A stretch of 62,751 nucleotides of DNA, the filler included, from Rhabdomonas costata (lineage: Eukaryota): the NCBI GenBank assembly GCA_019059605.1. It is 47 parts of 47 records of this genome, joined end to end, with 100 filler letters (N's around TTAATTAATTAA, not from the genome) between each part and the next. Parts side by side here need not be neighbours in the genome. Positions count along the whole stretch, not along the records: positions 26,756 to 27,991 come from JAHMHO010022430.1; positions 28,092 to 29,328 come from JAHMHO010022431.1; positions 29,429 to 30,665 come from JAHMHO010022432.1; positions 30,766 to 32,002 come from JAHMHO010022433.1; positions 32,103 to 33,338 come from JAHMHO010022434.1; positions 33,439 to 34,675 come from JAHMHO010022435.1; positions 34,776 to 36,012 come from JAHMHO010022436.1; positions 36,113 to 37,354 come from JAHMHO010022437.1; 39 more parts are not named here. One strand, written 5' to 3'. The number at the start of each line of letters is the position of its first letter. The stretch's first letter is position 1. Positions 26,656 through 37,354 of this stretch are shown here, one piece after another. The position numbers were made by a program, and so were the translations under genes. The notes under the pieces are model-generated. The model made no database searches. It had not been told where the DNA came from and saw only the letters and a list, made by a program, of their open reading frames with translations.

Positions 26656-28491
26656 NNNNNNNNNNNNNNNNNNNNNNNNNNNNNNNNNNNNNNNNNNNNT
26701 TAATTAATTAANNNNNNNNNNNNNNNNNNNNNNNNNNNNNNNNNNNNNNNNNNNNTGTGGTGGGTGTGGGTGGTTGTGTGTGTGTGTGGGTGTGTGTGGG
26801 TGTTTATTGTGGTCTGCATCTTTTCAGTGCCAAACTACCGTACGCACGTTCACAATGTGGTCCTTTGTGCACGTGCATGTAAAGCAGGTGCCGTGGCACC
26901 TTGTTTTGGGATCCTTTTGGTCCATGATGATTTAGGGGATCCCCGGAGGTTCTGATAGGTTGTAATGGATGATTCCTCCTGTCCGCAGCATTGCTATCCC
27001 CGGTAGCACCATCATCCTATCATCATTAGGTCGCGCACATTGTGGTCAGTTATGTGTGACGAATAAAACAGTAACTGTCCCCTAATGTGTCTCCATGGAA
27101 AGTGTGGGGTGATGTCCCATGCTGCCCCCCTCAGCAACCGGAAGTCATCCGGAGGATCACCTACACGACGTACCCCGCGTCGTCTGTTGAGGTCTGTGCT
27201 GCACTTGAGTGAGCACGATGGGAGGGTGGGGAGACGGGCTGAAACTCAGACTTCCCAGCGGAAACCATTTGAATCACATCCTGAAATAGGTATTATGTCG
27301 GCCTTTCTCGGGGAAGGTGGGGGGAAGGGAAATGAGCTTCGTGTGACTAGTGCATCTCTGAACGCAGAACTTCAGAAATGCACTCACGGAGAAGACGGCT
27401 TGCATTTTTGCAGTAGGCTCCCCCCTCTCTGGATCTTGGCGATTGCAGGAAGGGATTTGCCTCCGTCCAAGGGATAAAGTGACAGCGCCATCTAAAAAGG
27501 CTCGTTCTTTTAGGGTTTTCTGTTGCCTCAGGCGGCATGGTCCCCCGGCCCCAACTGTCTCATCGTTCGAACCCTTGTGATTGTTCAACTTTGTAGTGAA
27601 GGTTGGGAAGGTATGTCCTGCGTCAGGTCCGAGCGCACCCCACCGATACAATATGTTTATGCAGTGGGTGGATCAGAATTAGACAGACGGGAGTCAGGGG
27701 TGGAGAAGAAGGGGGTTCTATGCCTCTCTCAGTACGTGACCGGAGGGACCTATCCCGCCTCTGCAGGTTAGCACCTATCTGTTTCTTCTTTCCATTTCCA
27801 TTTTCATTTCTCTCGCGCGCTCCACCGTGCAGTCGTTTTCACCATAACACGTCAGTTGTACAATCAAAGTTTTTTTTTGCGTCGGTCGAAGACGGTGTGA
27901 ATTTTCAGCATCCCATTAAGCAAAGCACCACAGCACTTTCAGGTTGCATTGCGTCTGACGGGCATCGGAAGATCCCGCTCTAGCAAACTTGNNNNNNNNN
28001 NNNNNNNNNNNNNNNNNNNNNNNNNNNNNNNNNNNTTAATTAATTAANNNNNNNNNNNNNNNNNNNNNNNNNNNNNNNNNNNNNNNNNNNNGTGTTGTGT
28101 GTTTGGGGGGTTTGGTGATCCCAAGCTTGTCGCAAAGCTTCGAAGAAGGTCTTAGTGCTCTATTTCTTCGAAGGAGCTTTATTTCCCTTCGGCTGGGACA
28201 GGAGAATGGTTGTTTCCCTGCACTTGCGGTTCCTTTTTTTCTCGCTTGATGTTGTGGTTTTTGTAAATCGGGCGATTTTCCTCGGCATGGATTTCTTAGT
28301 CAAGCTTGTATTTTCTTAGATTTTCTTGCGTAACCGTGGGTTTTCACAACCCACAGGGTCTGGTTCCGGTATTCGTTTGCTTTGCCAGCACAGCCACCAT
28401 TCCATTGATTCCACCTGGTTCTGGTGTTTCTGCCAAGCAATTTTTAGCTACCGCTGAGCTTACCACACAGTCTCCCTCTTTTCGGTGACAG

Positions 28492-29238
28492 GGTGGAGGA
28501 GCTGGAGCGTGCGCTCAAGAAGCGCGACTCTGGCCGGCCGGCCACCACAGAGGAGGAGTCACTGGCCGCCCTGGTGCGGGCGGCACGGCCCTCTGAGGAG
28601 GACACCAAGGAGTTCAAGGCCCTGCAGCGCAAGGCGTGTGCTTGAGATAAGAAAGGCCCCGGTGGATGTCGGGTTTTTGGGGGTGGGGAATTTCTGCGGG
28701 GATGGGAAAGAGGTGATAAGAGGTTTGCGCTTTTTTGTGGTGCTGGTGGTGGGGTACGCATTGCTAATTTTAGGAGTGTGGCTTAGGCTTTGCAAGCTGT
28801 TTATCCGCAAAGGCTGCTCCAAGAGTCCCGTCCAAGAGTCCCGTGTTCCGTACTAAGTTGAACAGAACTATGGACATTGTTGTTTTTGCCGGAGCCGCGA
28901 TTGTTCGTAGATCCCTTCAAAACCCCTCTTCTAAAAAGACAAGGGAAGCACCTGTGTGCTTCCCGCGCACATTTTGCGTGCAATGGCTGATCGTGGTTTT
29001 GTGTGAAGTCCCCAAAGAGATTTTGAAGGGTACCAGAGTGCGAGTATTCCATCTTAAAGGGCCCACCATTCCTCTCTCTTTTGGTGTGCAGGTAATGAGC
29101 TTGCAGGCGGAATTGGACGAGCAGGTCGCGCAGTCGGAGAAGGCCCTGCGAGTGCTGCGGCTAGAGTCCGACAAGCTCAAAGTGGGCTACGAAGCCAAGA
29201 TAGCCGAGCTGGAGGAGGAGTTTAAGATTCGCCTGAAG
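28492..29238 (+). CDS. CEP162-like centrosomal coiled-coil protein; exons 28492-28633 and 29092-29238
   Basis: VEELERALKKRD...SLAALVRAA...FKALQRK|VMSLQAELDEQVAQSEKALRVLRLESDKLKVGYEAKIAELEEE resembles the CEP162 segment LKRR.PNSLPALI.AA...LEAELE.KD.....LR......K.K..YE. Joined through a GC-AG intron. Confidence 0.65.
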
Positions 29239-29613
29239 GTTCCCCCCCCTCTCTCTTTCTCTCTGTAATGGTTTGCCTCCCTCCCCGTGTATCCCCCCAG
29301 TCCTGAAATTAGTATTCTCCCACCAACCNNNNNNNNNNNNNNNNNNNNNNNNNNNNNNNNNNNNNNNNNNNNTTAATTAATTAANNNNNNNNNNNNNNNN
29401 NNNNNNNNNNNNNNNNNNNNNNNNNNNNTCACCTCAAAAGCCACAGCTGCGTGCTCTAAATCGGGCGTTTTCGGACTTAGAAGCTACAACGGGTGGTGAA
29501 AATCTGGGGTTCAAGAGCATATCAGTTGTGCTTGTTTTTCATCTTTTCATCTTATGACCGTATAATGGACAGGAAGTGAGTGTGAGAGTATGCAATAAAC
29601 TAAAGTGGCAAAC

Positions 29614-30329
29614 CAAATCCAGCTCGTAATACACGAGCTGCTTCGGGGGCTCGTCTGCATTAGGGTCCTCGTCAAGGTCACTGTAATCAACCTGAGAAAA
29701 CGACGGGTGTCACACTCTCCGACTCTCCATTTGTTGTCTGACAAGTCTGAGAGGCTCAGCACAGCTCCGCTTCCCGTTGACCAAGAGAGACAACGAAAGG
29801 AAAGAAAACGTCCTGCAGCATGACTTTCTGATTGTCACCCAAACATGTATCGGGACAAACAATGTATCACTTGTAAATGCATTCATTTGAGCAAAAAAAC
29901 CGGGGTGTGTTTACCGTTTATCTGCCCTGTAGAGCCGCAACCTATTTTGTGGGGGAGTGCTTAACTTTATTTTAACGTTACCGTCCCCCCGCCTCCTGCG
30001 TCCTTTCGGTCACGTCACATCAAACAACCCTAACCCCCAACCGTAACACCTAACCCTAACCCGAACCCTAACGCTAACCCTAACCCTGCCCCAACCCTAA
30101 CCCTAAGCCTAACCCTAACGCTGCATCACAGTTGAAGCAGGTGAGGAGTTAATCATACCCCAGCCCACTAGCCTCCTGTGAGATCCTCCACCAAATACCG
30201 TCTTCTCGTATCCTGCCCGCAACGGGACAGCACAAGGAAAGGAGGTACCTCCAGAGTGGCGAACGTGGGGTTGTCAAAGCCCACGTCGACCCCGCAGATG
30301 CTGAAGACAATGCTGTGGGACTTGTGCGC
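29614..30329 (-). CDS. SF3B3: Splicing factor 3B subunit 3 (SAP130/Rse1); exons 30329-30249 and 29691-29614
   Basis: AHKSHSIVFSICGVDVGFDNPTFATLE|VDYSDLDEDPNADEPPKQLVYYELDL matches the conserved SF3B3 segment EAHK....GVDVGF.NP.FA.LE.DY...YELDLG. Phase 0 GT-AG. Confidence 0.93.
30027..30122 (+). repeat. Degenerate interstitial (CCCTAA)n telomere-type array
   Basis: About 15 units of CCCTAA with variants (CCCCAA, CCGTAA, CCCGAA, CGCTAA, GCCTAA), lying inside the SF3B3 intron. Confidence 0.85.
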
Positions 30330-31018
30330 CTGAGACCCAGAACGAGAGCAGCGCATAAAAAGAAGACACTACCACAGTTGGCAGCCTAGCTCTCCCGCGA
30401 CGGTACTGAGACAGCCAAGCGCGGAACAAAAGGAAAGCAAAATGACCATCGGCTGCAAAACACTCGAGCAGGCAGGTGGCAAAGATGAAAGGACAAGGAA
30501 TATAGCAGTGCGTAAGGAACTCCCACAGAAGCTTTCTTTACGGCATTTTCGACCGCTGACTTTGCTTTGGTAGCCAGTTACGAAAGTCACGTTATGTGTT
30601 ATGTCATTTGTTAAAAAATTGAATTGCATGGATACGATGGAACTTGTTTTGGATCTATACCCAAANNNNNNNNNNNNNNNNNNNNNNNNNNNNNNNNNNN
30701 NNNNNNNNNTTAATTAATTAANNNNNNNNNNNNNNNNNNNNNNNNNNNNNNNNNNNNNNNNNNNNGTTGTTTTGGCGACGAAGGCATGAATTCATGTTTG
30801 GAGGCACATCCGAAATCCCGAAGCCTCTCCGGTGTGCCCGATGATTTAAGAGTGATTTTTTGAGTTTGTGTGTCCTCTTTGATGAAATGAAATACTTTGC
30901 CTGCATGCCTGATGTTTGAACATATTTCAGTCTTATCTGCACATTTGTTTGCCGGTGAACTAGCTGCAACTGAGGCGCAGCACAAGCAACACTCTTGACC
31001 CTCTCCCGACAGACAGAC

Positions 31019-31295
31019 CTGCCCCATTGCATGAGAAGTTCGCCAGCCCTGGGCACGTTGCCGCGCACAGGCTGGGGTCTGGGCCCTGGAAGGCCCCCCG
31101 CAGGGACAGCACGAAGGGCTGCGCTAAGACGGCGTTGAGGCTGTCCACTGCCACCACAATATGGTAGCTCCCTGGCAGGGCTGGATTCAGGCTAATCATC
31201 TCCACGTTATTGATGGAGTCGTAGGTCACGCCCCCGTTGCCATAAATGCTGCCCATGGGACCGTACACCAACAAGTTTAGGTCGTTCACAAGAGC
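31019..31295 (-). CDS. KP-43-type subtilase (S8) C-terminal domain exon leading into an EGF-like module
   Basis: ALVNDLNLLV...GNGGVTYDSINNVEMI...GSYHIVV...QPFVL...CAATCP...CNGAG contains the LVNDLDL and D..NNVE motifs. Confidence 0.78.
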
Positions 31296-33547
31296 CTGGG
31301 ATATCAAAGAAAGTCATCGAATCATCATGCATATCAAAGCACTACACCTAGATCCGCAGCGCAGAGCAAGAAAACAAAGGGGTCGGTTGAATCAAACGCC
31401 GATTGAAACGGAACACGGGGTACCATTCCACTCCATTTCAAGTCAAACGGAGCCGGCTTCTACCATTGTGCTTGGTTCCAGCAAAAAGGAATACAGGGAC
31501 CACTGCAGAGACCGCGGCAGTTGTCCTGTCCTTACATCCTTCCTGGAGACGTTCCCTCCGGATAGCATATTCTCGGTGGCATTTAACGGTCACGTCACCT
31601 GCCCTGCCTGGTCCGACTTGGGTGGTGGGACTGTGTGCCTCAGAGGAAGGTACCGTCCGCCTTGGCACTGAAGAAAGGAATCCGTCCCGCTCGCCCATCC
31701 GTTGACGTGTTGATAAGGCCAACCCCTGACAGCGTTTTTACAGCACACTGAAAAATTTTACAGTGTGTGTGGTGGTGGTGGTGGTGTGGAATCCAATGAA
31801 GAACTCACAGCAAAACAACCCTTACAATCAATGGGAAACGTGGCACCGCCACCTATTGATAACATGAATTTTACTGTGCAGCAATGAGCCATCAGTAGTT
31901 CAGGAGTTCAGAATCACTGTTGGTGAGGAAAGGCATTCCATGAGAACGCAACCTGCTTGCTGGGCGGATACCTACCACATGAGCATACATCATTTCCGAA
32001 CCNNNNNNNNNNNNNNNNNNNNNNNNNNNNNNNNNNNNNNNNNNNNTTAATTAATTAANNNNNNNNNNNNNNNNNNNNNNNNNNNNNNNNNNNNNNNNNN
32101 NNTGTTGGTGGGCCTTTCGGGGCGGGCTTGCGGTACAGCTCCCGGGACCAGACCGGCCCTCCTCCGCAGTCAGCTTCAAGAGTGACAGCCATCATGCAAT
32201 CAAGCGCAAATCAAAGATTTTCTTTCTTTGCACTGACGATTTCCATCTACTACCATTCTACTACCACAACACAACAAATGCGCACATTCCTTGCGCTTTT
32301 GGCACAGGCTGCTTTCTCTCTCTCGTTGGAGGTTCCATCCAGTATATACTGCACTTCTCCGAGCAAACCACGACCCTTACCCACTGCGTTCCGATTCCAG
32401 CTCACGCCGCAACTGCCCAACCTTCCTACGTCACCTGCCTCCCAGAAACATTAACATTCTCTCACCCATGAACATTAACATCACTGCGCTGAAGGAGAAT
32501 CGCAGAGTAAGGATCATCAAGAGTGGGGTGAAGGGGTTAAGGTATCATTGGTACACATGCCCGTAATATGAACACACCTCAATAGCGGGGCCAATGAGTG
32601 CTTCAGGCATTCGGAGCCAAGTCAGCAGTAAAAAAGAAAAAGGGCGAGGGCACAAACAAACAGACACTACTATGGATGAAGGGGTGGGGGTGCTGCAGAG
32701 AGGTCGAAAACCCGCAACACCCACGCACACACACAAACAAACACAAACAGCCCAGCGCGGCAAAACGCAACCCCGTGGGCAAGTTTCGAGCTGCACACAG
32801 CTCTTGTCCTTTTTTGTGGCGGTGGGGGGGAGGGGGTTGCTGCTGCTCTTGCCAGTGTTAATTTGGAAATGCAATGCTTTCCCTTCATACACTTCGCACG
32901 TATCATGGCGTACGTAAACCAGTCATCTGCCAGGTAGATCAAAGGGTGTGCGTTCCCACAAAAAAAAACTGTCACTACTTTTGAAACCCCCAAAAGCTGG
33001 TTTTGATTGCCTGTCGGGGCGGTATGGGATTCCGGTCCATCCCTGGAGCATGGAAAAGCACGTGCGATGCAGAGGTGACCGTATAGCTCAAGGAGGTAAA
33101 ATTAATGTAATTTGCCCGCCACTGGTATGCCTGTGACTTATTGCTGGAAATCCCAAACCAGCCAAAAGCTGGTGATGTCGGACGATCATTAGCAAGGATG
33201 TGACCCAATCCACCACGATGGTCACCCCAAAGCAGCGGACTTTCAGGAAGAAGACTTTCATAACAGAGGATCCGACAGGTCCCAAGAAGGTGCACTGCAC
33301 CCAGCCAAGAAAGGGGAACCCCACTCTCTCCAGCAGAGNNNNNNNNNNNNNNNNNNNNNNNNNNNNNNNNNNNNNNNNNNNNTTAATTAATTAANNNNNN
33401 NNNNNNNNNNNNNNNNNNNNNNNNNNNNNNNNNNNNNNGTGTTGTTGGTGTTGGTTGCCGTTGATTGTGCTACGAGAGTGCTGCGCGGCTGCAAAGAACG
33501 ATGGTGAGCAGCGGCTGGAAAAGAGCAGAACAGAAAAGGGGGCTCAC

Positions 33548-34238
33548 TGCCAAAATCTGTGATCTTCACCACCACCCCGCTCCTATCCACCAGCACATTG
33601 GCGGGCTTGAGGTCGTGGTGGATCAGTTTCACTGCAAAAAAGTCGATCGCCAACTGGGGACAGTGATGAGTGAAGGCAAATAGCGGTACAACGTCGCAAA
33701 GGGGAGAGGATGATGAGCAGTGGTTATATCCACTGGCGGAGCACATCACGGAGGTTGGGGTGATATGGATTTTGCAGACACTTAGTTATCATCATCCTTG
33801 AGCAAATTACACTTCACCTCACACCCCACAACTCCACCAAAATGGCTGAAACACCCTAAAGTGGTAAGGCCAGGTTTGTTGTTTTAATCGCTTGAAACAG
33901 GGCATCAGTTGGAGGAATGTGTAATGCGAAAGCGGGAAACGAAACCTCAACCGCTGAAGAAAACTGCTCAACCCCCACCCCCATCCGCCGCAGTGGGCGG
34001 ATGGGACCCAGACAGCACACAAACCTTCATCGTGGAGGAACTTGAGTCCCTCCAAAATCTGCCTGAGGTAGTTGCGGCAGCGGCCAGTTTGCACTTTCCC
34101 CGCACTCTTCAGGATGTCCAACAGGGATTGATCCATGCGCTCCATCACAATTAGCAGACGCTCCTGATAGTCAAGGATGTCCAGCAGCTTCACGACGTTG
34201 GGGTGGTTGTGCTTCTCCAAGCTCTTGAGAATCCTTGC
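33548..34238 (-). CDS. Ser/Thr protein kinase, subdomains III-VII; exons 34238-34025 and 33631-33548
   Basis: HPNVVKLLDI...LLIVMERMDQSL...YLRQILEGLKFLHDE|VKLIHHDLKPANVLV...VKITDFG. Phase-1 join. Confidence 0.93.
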
Positions 34239-35275
34239 CTTTGGGCAACACGGGTTTGGAAAAGCAGTCTCAAAAAAAGTCTCAAAAATCATCGAATCAA
34301 ATCGCTAGCGCAAAGCCGACCACCCATCACAAATCACGCCTACAGCATGTCGAAAAAAAAATACGGGGCAGCCGAATAAATACAGCCATGTTCAGGACAA
34401 ATTCAAAGACCCATTTGGCAAACGGATGTGGTGCGAGCCGGATGCTGGGCAAGGAAGGGGAGGGAGGGGAGGCGAGGCATACGAAGAATGAAGACATCAG
34501 GACGGCGGGATCTTTGGAACAACTTTGCACTTTGCACCACCGACAAAAACACACTTTGTGCACCTTCCCAGTCCGGATATCCTCCCGCACCCCCCCCCCA
34601 TAAGTAATGTGGTGCGCAGCCAGGTGGGAATATACGTACCCAAAGGCAAGGCATACTTTAACAAGCACACAAACCNNNNNNNNNNNNNNNNNNNNNNNNN
34701 NNNNNNNNNNNNNNNNNNNTTAATTAATTAANNNNNNNNNNNNNNNNNNNNNNNNNNNNNNNNNNNNNNNNNNNNGTTTGTTGTTCTCGTTGGAAAACGA
34801 ACGAAGTGAGAAATGCCCGCGTGTGCAATGGTTTTTAGTATTCACCAGAAAAGGTGGGCTGCTACGCGACACGGAAAATAAAATAGAAAACTCTTATATG
34901 AATACGTTGGATACGTTATGGATACGTTTCGTAACGGGACCTCTGAGCGCTGGCGCCGGGCCCGAGCTCCTTCACTTGTGCTGTTGGAATACGGGAGCTG
35001 AGAGCAAACAGCATTTTTTTTTGCCCTTCTGATATGCTTCTGTTGTGTAGGTGTGCAAGGTTTATTTAAGTGGAGTGGAAGCTGTGTGTGTCATTGCGTG
35101 TGCCTGTTTCACTCTGTGCCTGCACAGTTTTTATTTTTCTCCGTTGCAGGGTCGCGAAAAATGCTCATAGAAGTAAGAGAGCCGACCTGATTCGGGGTAC
35201 GATATGTCGTGAATCAAAGAGTTCGATGACGGCCTCGTTATGAGGGTTGCTGCGCGCTCTCATTCCTCCCGGTAG

Positions 35276-35720
35276 GTCTTCGCGGTCGTTGGAGAGGCGG
35301 TGGGGCAGGCTGTCACCCTGCAGCGAGTGGGCTGCAAGGCCCAAGGCGTGCCCATCCTCGTCTCGGAGGCTGTCGCAAAGCAAGTTGCACTCCTTATTTT
35401 TTCTGTGCCCTGTAAGATTTTTTCTCTGGAATCCTGCACATTATGCTGATCTTTCTGCTGATGCTCCTTTTTGTCGTGCACATTGCTTCGCTCATCTGTA
35501 TCCTCCGTTGATGAGCTGTGTGTCCGTCCGCGTAAAAATTCCTGTCTCCCTTCTTTGGCAAGATCTCTTAAAACCTCTTCCAAAAATGCACACAGGTGGA
35601 CTGCTACATCCGCTGCGTGCCCTGCACCGTGCTCCGAACGACCTACCACACTCCTGCGACGGTGATGACGTGCTTCCAGCCGCTGCCGGAGTCCTCTCCT
35701 GAGATCTCCGAGAACCAAGA
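35276..35720 (+). CDS. Degenerate class III adenylate/guanylate cyclase domain; exons 35276-35383 and 35596-~35720
   Basis: VFAVVGEAVGQAVTLQRVGCKAQGVPILVSEAVAKQ|VDCYIRCVP aligns with the YTVIGDAVN.ASRLE...ILISE motif. Confidence 0.65.
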
Positions 35721-36433
35721 CATGGAGTATGATCCAAGGGCTGGAGGGAAGAGGGAAGAATGCGGTTGCTTGTCCCCCGCTTGTATGGATTCCTGCGTAT
35801 CTATGGATCATGCGTATGTTGTGGCCCGCCCATTTCGCCAAAAAACAATTTCGCGGCTCCCCGTTTCCTCGTACTTCTGTGTTTTAGGTCTCAGTACTTA
35901 TCGACGGGCCATTTGGTAAAGATAAATGAAATCAGGTTGCTACACTCGCGTGAGACTTCCCCCACCTTCCCCTTCTGACTCATCTACGAGATTTTGAGGT
36001 TGAACCACCACCNNNNNNNNNNNNNNNNNNNNNNNNNNNNNNNNNNNNNNNNNNNNTTAATTAATTAANNNNNNNNNNNNNNNNNNNNNNNNNNNNNNNN
36101 NNNNNNNNNNNNAGGAACCCTGTTCTTCAATATTTTCCCCTGCATGTTGTTTCCTCTTGCTGTCTGCCTGTCCCCTGTTATGCCCGACGTCCAAGAACGA
36201 ATGCCCATGCAAGCGTGCATTTAAGCGAACGATCCGAACGAAAATCCGTTCCTATTGGCCATCCTTTTTCCGGGGAGTTGTGCCATCTTCTCCTTGCCAT
36301 TCACAATTGTAAATTAAAATGGCATAACTTTCGCAGTGACCCTTTTTCTAGGGGAAACGGGCAAGGCTTCCTAACCCCCTGCGAGAAGAAATATCTTGTC
36401 CTATGGGACACAGCCAAGGCTTCCTAACTCCCT

Positions 36434-36514
<81 letters not shown>
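36434..36514 (+). repeat. Compound microsatellite (GC)n(GA)n(GT)n
   Basis: Directly visible. Lies between the transposase stop codon and the subterminal repeats. Confidence 0.95.
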
Positions 36515-36516
<2 letters not shown>

Positions 36517-36531
36517 AAATAAAAGCACACA

Positions 36532-37354
36532 TCACTGGAAATGCCCGTCACGAATGTGCCCCATCAAAGTGAGGAAAGGGCCATTTCCACACAAGTTGGC
36601 TCTCCACTGGAATTCCTTTACATATCCAGGCATTGTCCGTCAGGAACACCCCCCATCTCCCTGATCCAGTTCTTCAGTCTGCCCCAGGTTCAATCAATTC
36701 CATTGGTTGAAATGGTCCGCTGCTGTCCACTAACAACATCCTTAGGAGAGAAGATCCCTTTATTGTGGTCCACTGTGCGTAGATCAAGCCATGAGCATCA
36801 GCAGGCTTTTTGTAGGCACGAGCATCATCCGCGGAAAAGAGAGAGCCTGCAGCTACGTGGTCGAACAACTCCGCAGCTTCAGCAGCGTTTGGAGGTCCAA
36901 ATCTTCGCTCATCCGTCTCAGGTTGCAACTTTTCATACAGCTTAAGCTCCACACGTCATGTTCCTCTCTCAAATACGCCATTGACGCGGTTGTCATGCCC
37001 GTGGATCCCCTTTTTCTTTCTGCCCAACCCGGTCTCGACAGCGTCAACCCCCATGTCCAGACCGTTCACCACCTCGCCCCAAGAAGACTCGTAGTTCATA
37101 ACACATACGCGAAAGCGAATACTCCAATCCGCCACGGTGGCATCCCCGTCGCCCAGCATGGGCGCGAAGCCCAGCACAGTCATGAGCCCACCAGTAGGCC
37201 AAGAGGACGAACTGCTTCAAAAAAAGCTTGGAGCCGTCCATAAGGCTTTCCAAAACCGCATAGACTCTGGTACGGCACTGCTGGTCAGTACACACCAGAC
37301 CCGCCTTGCCACTATACACCCTTGGCTTAATGTCAGAGCCCTTTGAGCACTTAG
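36532..37354 (-). pseudogene. ISXO2-like (DDE_Tnp_IS1595) transposase pseudogene
   Basis: Read across frameshifts and stops: GLVCTDQQC...LAYWWAH...VADWSIRFR...VET.LGRKKKGIHGH..GVFERGT...GSLFSADDARAY...VDHNKGIF...ISTNGID*TWGRLK...GYVKEFQWRAN...PFLTLMGHIRDGHFQ*. Confidence 0.9.

Larger units (their letters stand above)
36321..37354 (-). mobile_element. Merlin DNA transposon, decayed copy truncated by the contig end
   Basis: TIR GGCATAACTTTCGCAGTGACCCTTTTTCTAGGGG at 36321 and its subterminal sequence are homologous to 2843-2910. A duplicated subterminal unit CAAGGCTTCCTAAC is present, followed by the transposase pseudogene. Confidence 0.9.

Noticed and set aside
30249-30329. Clathrin heavy chain
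   Set aside because: The spliced peptide continues into YELDL, which identifies SF3B3.
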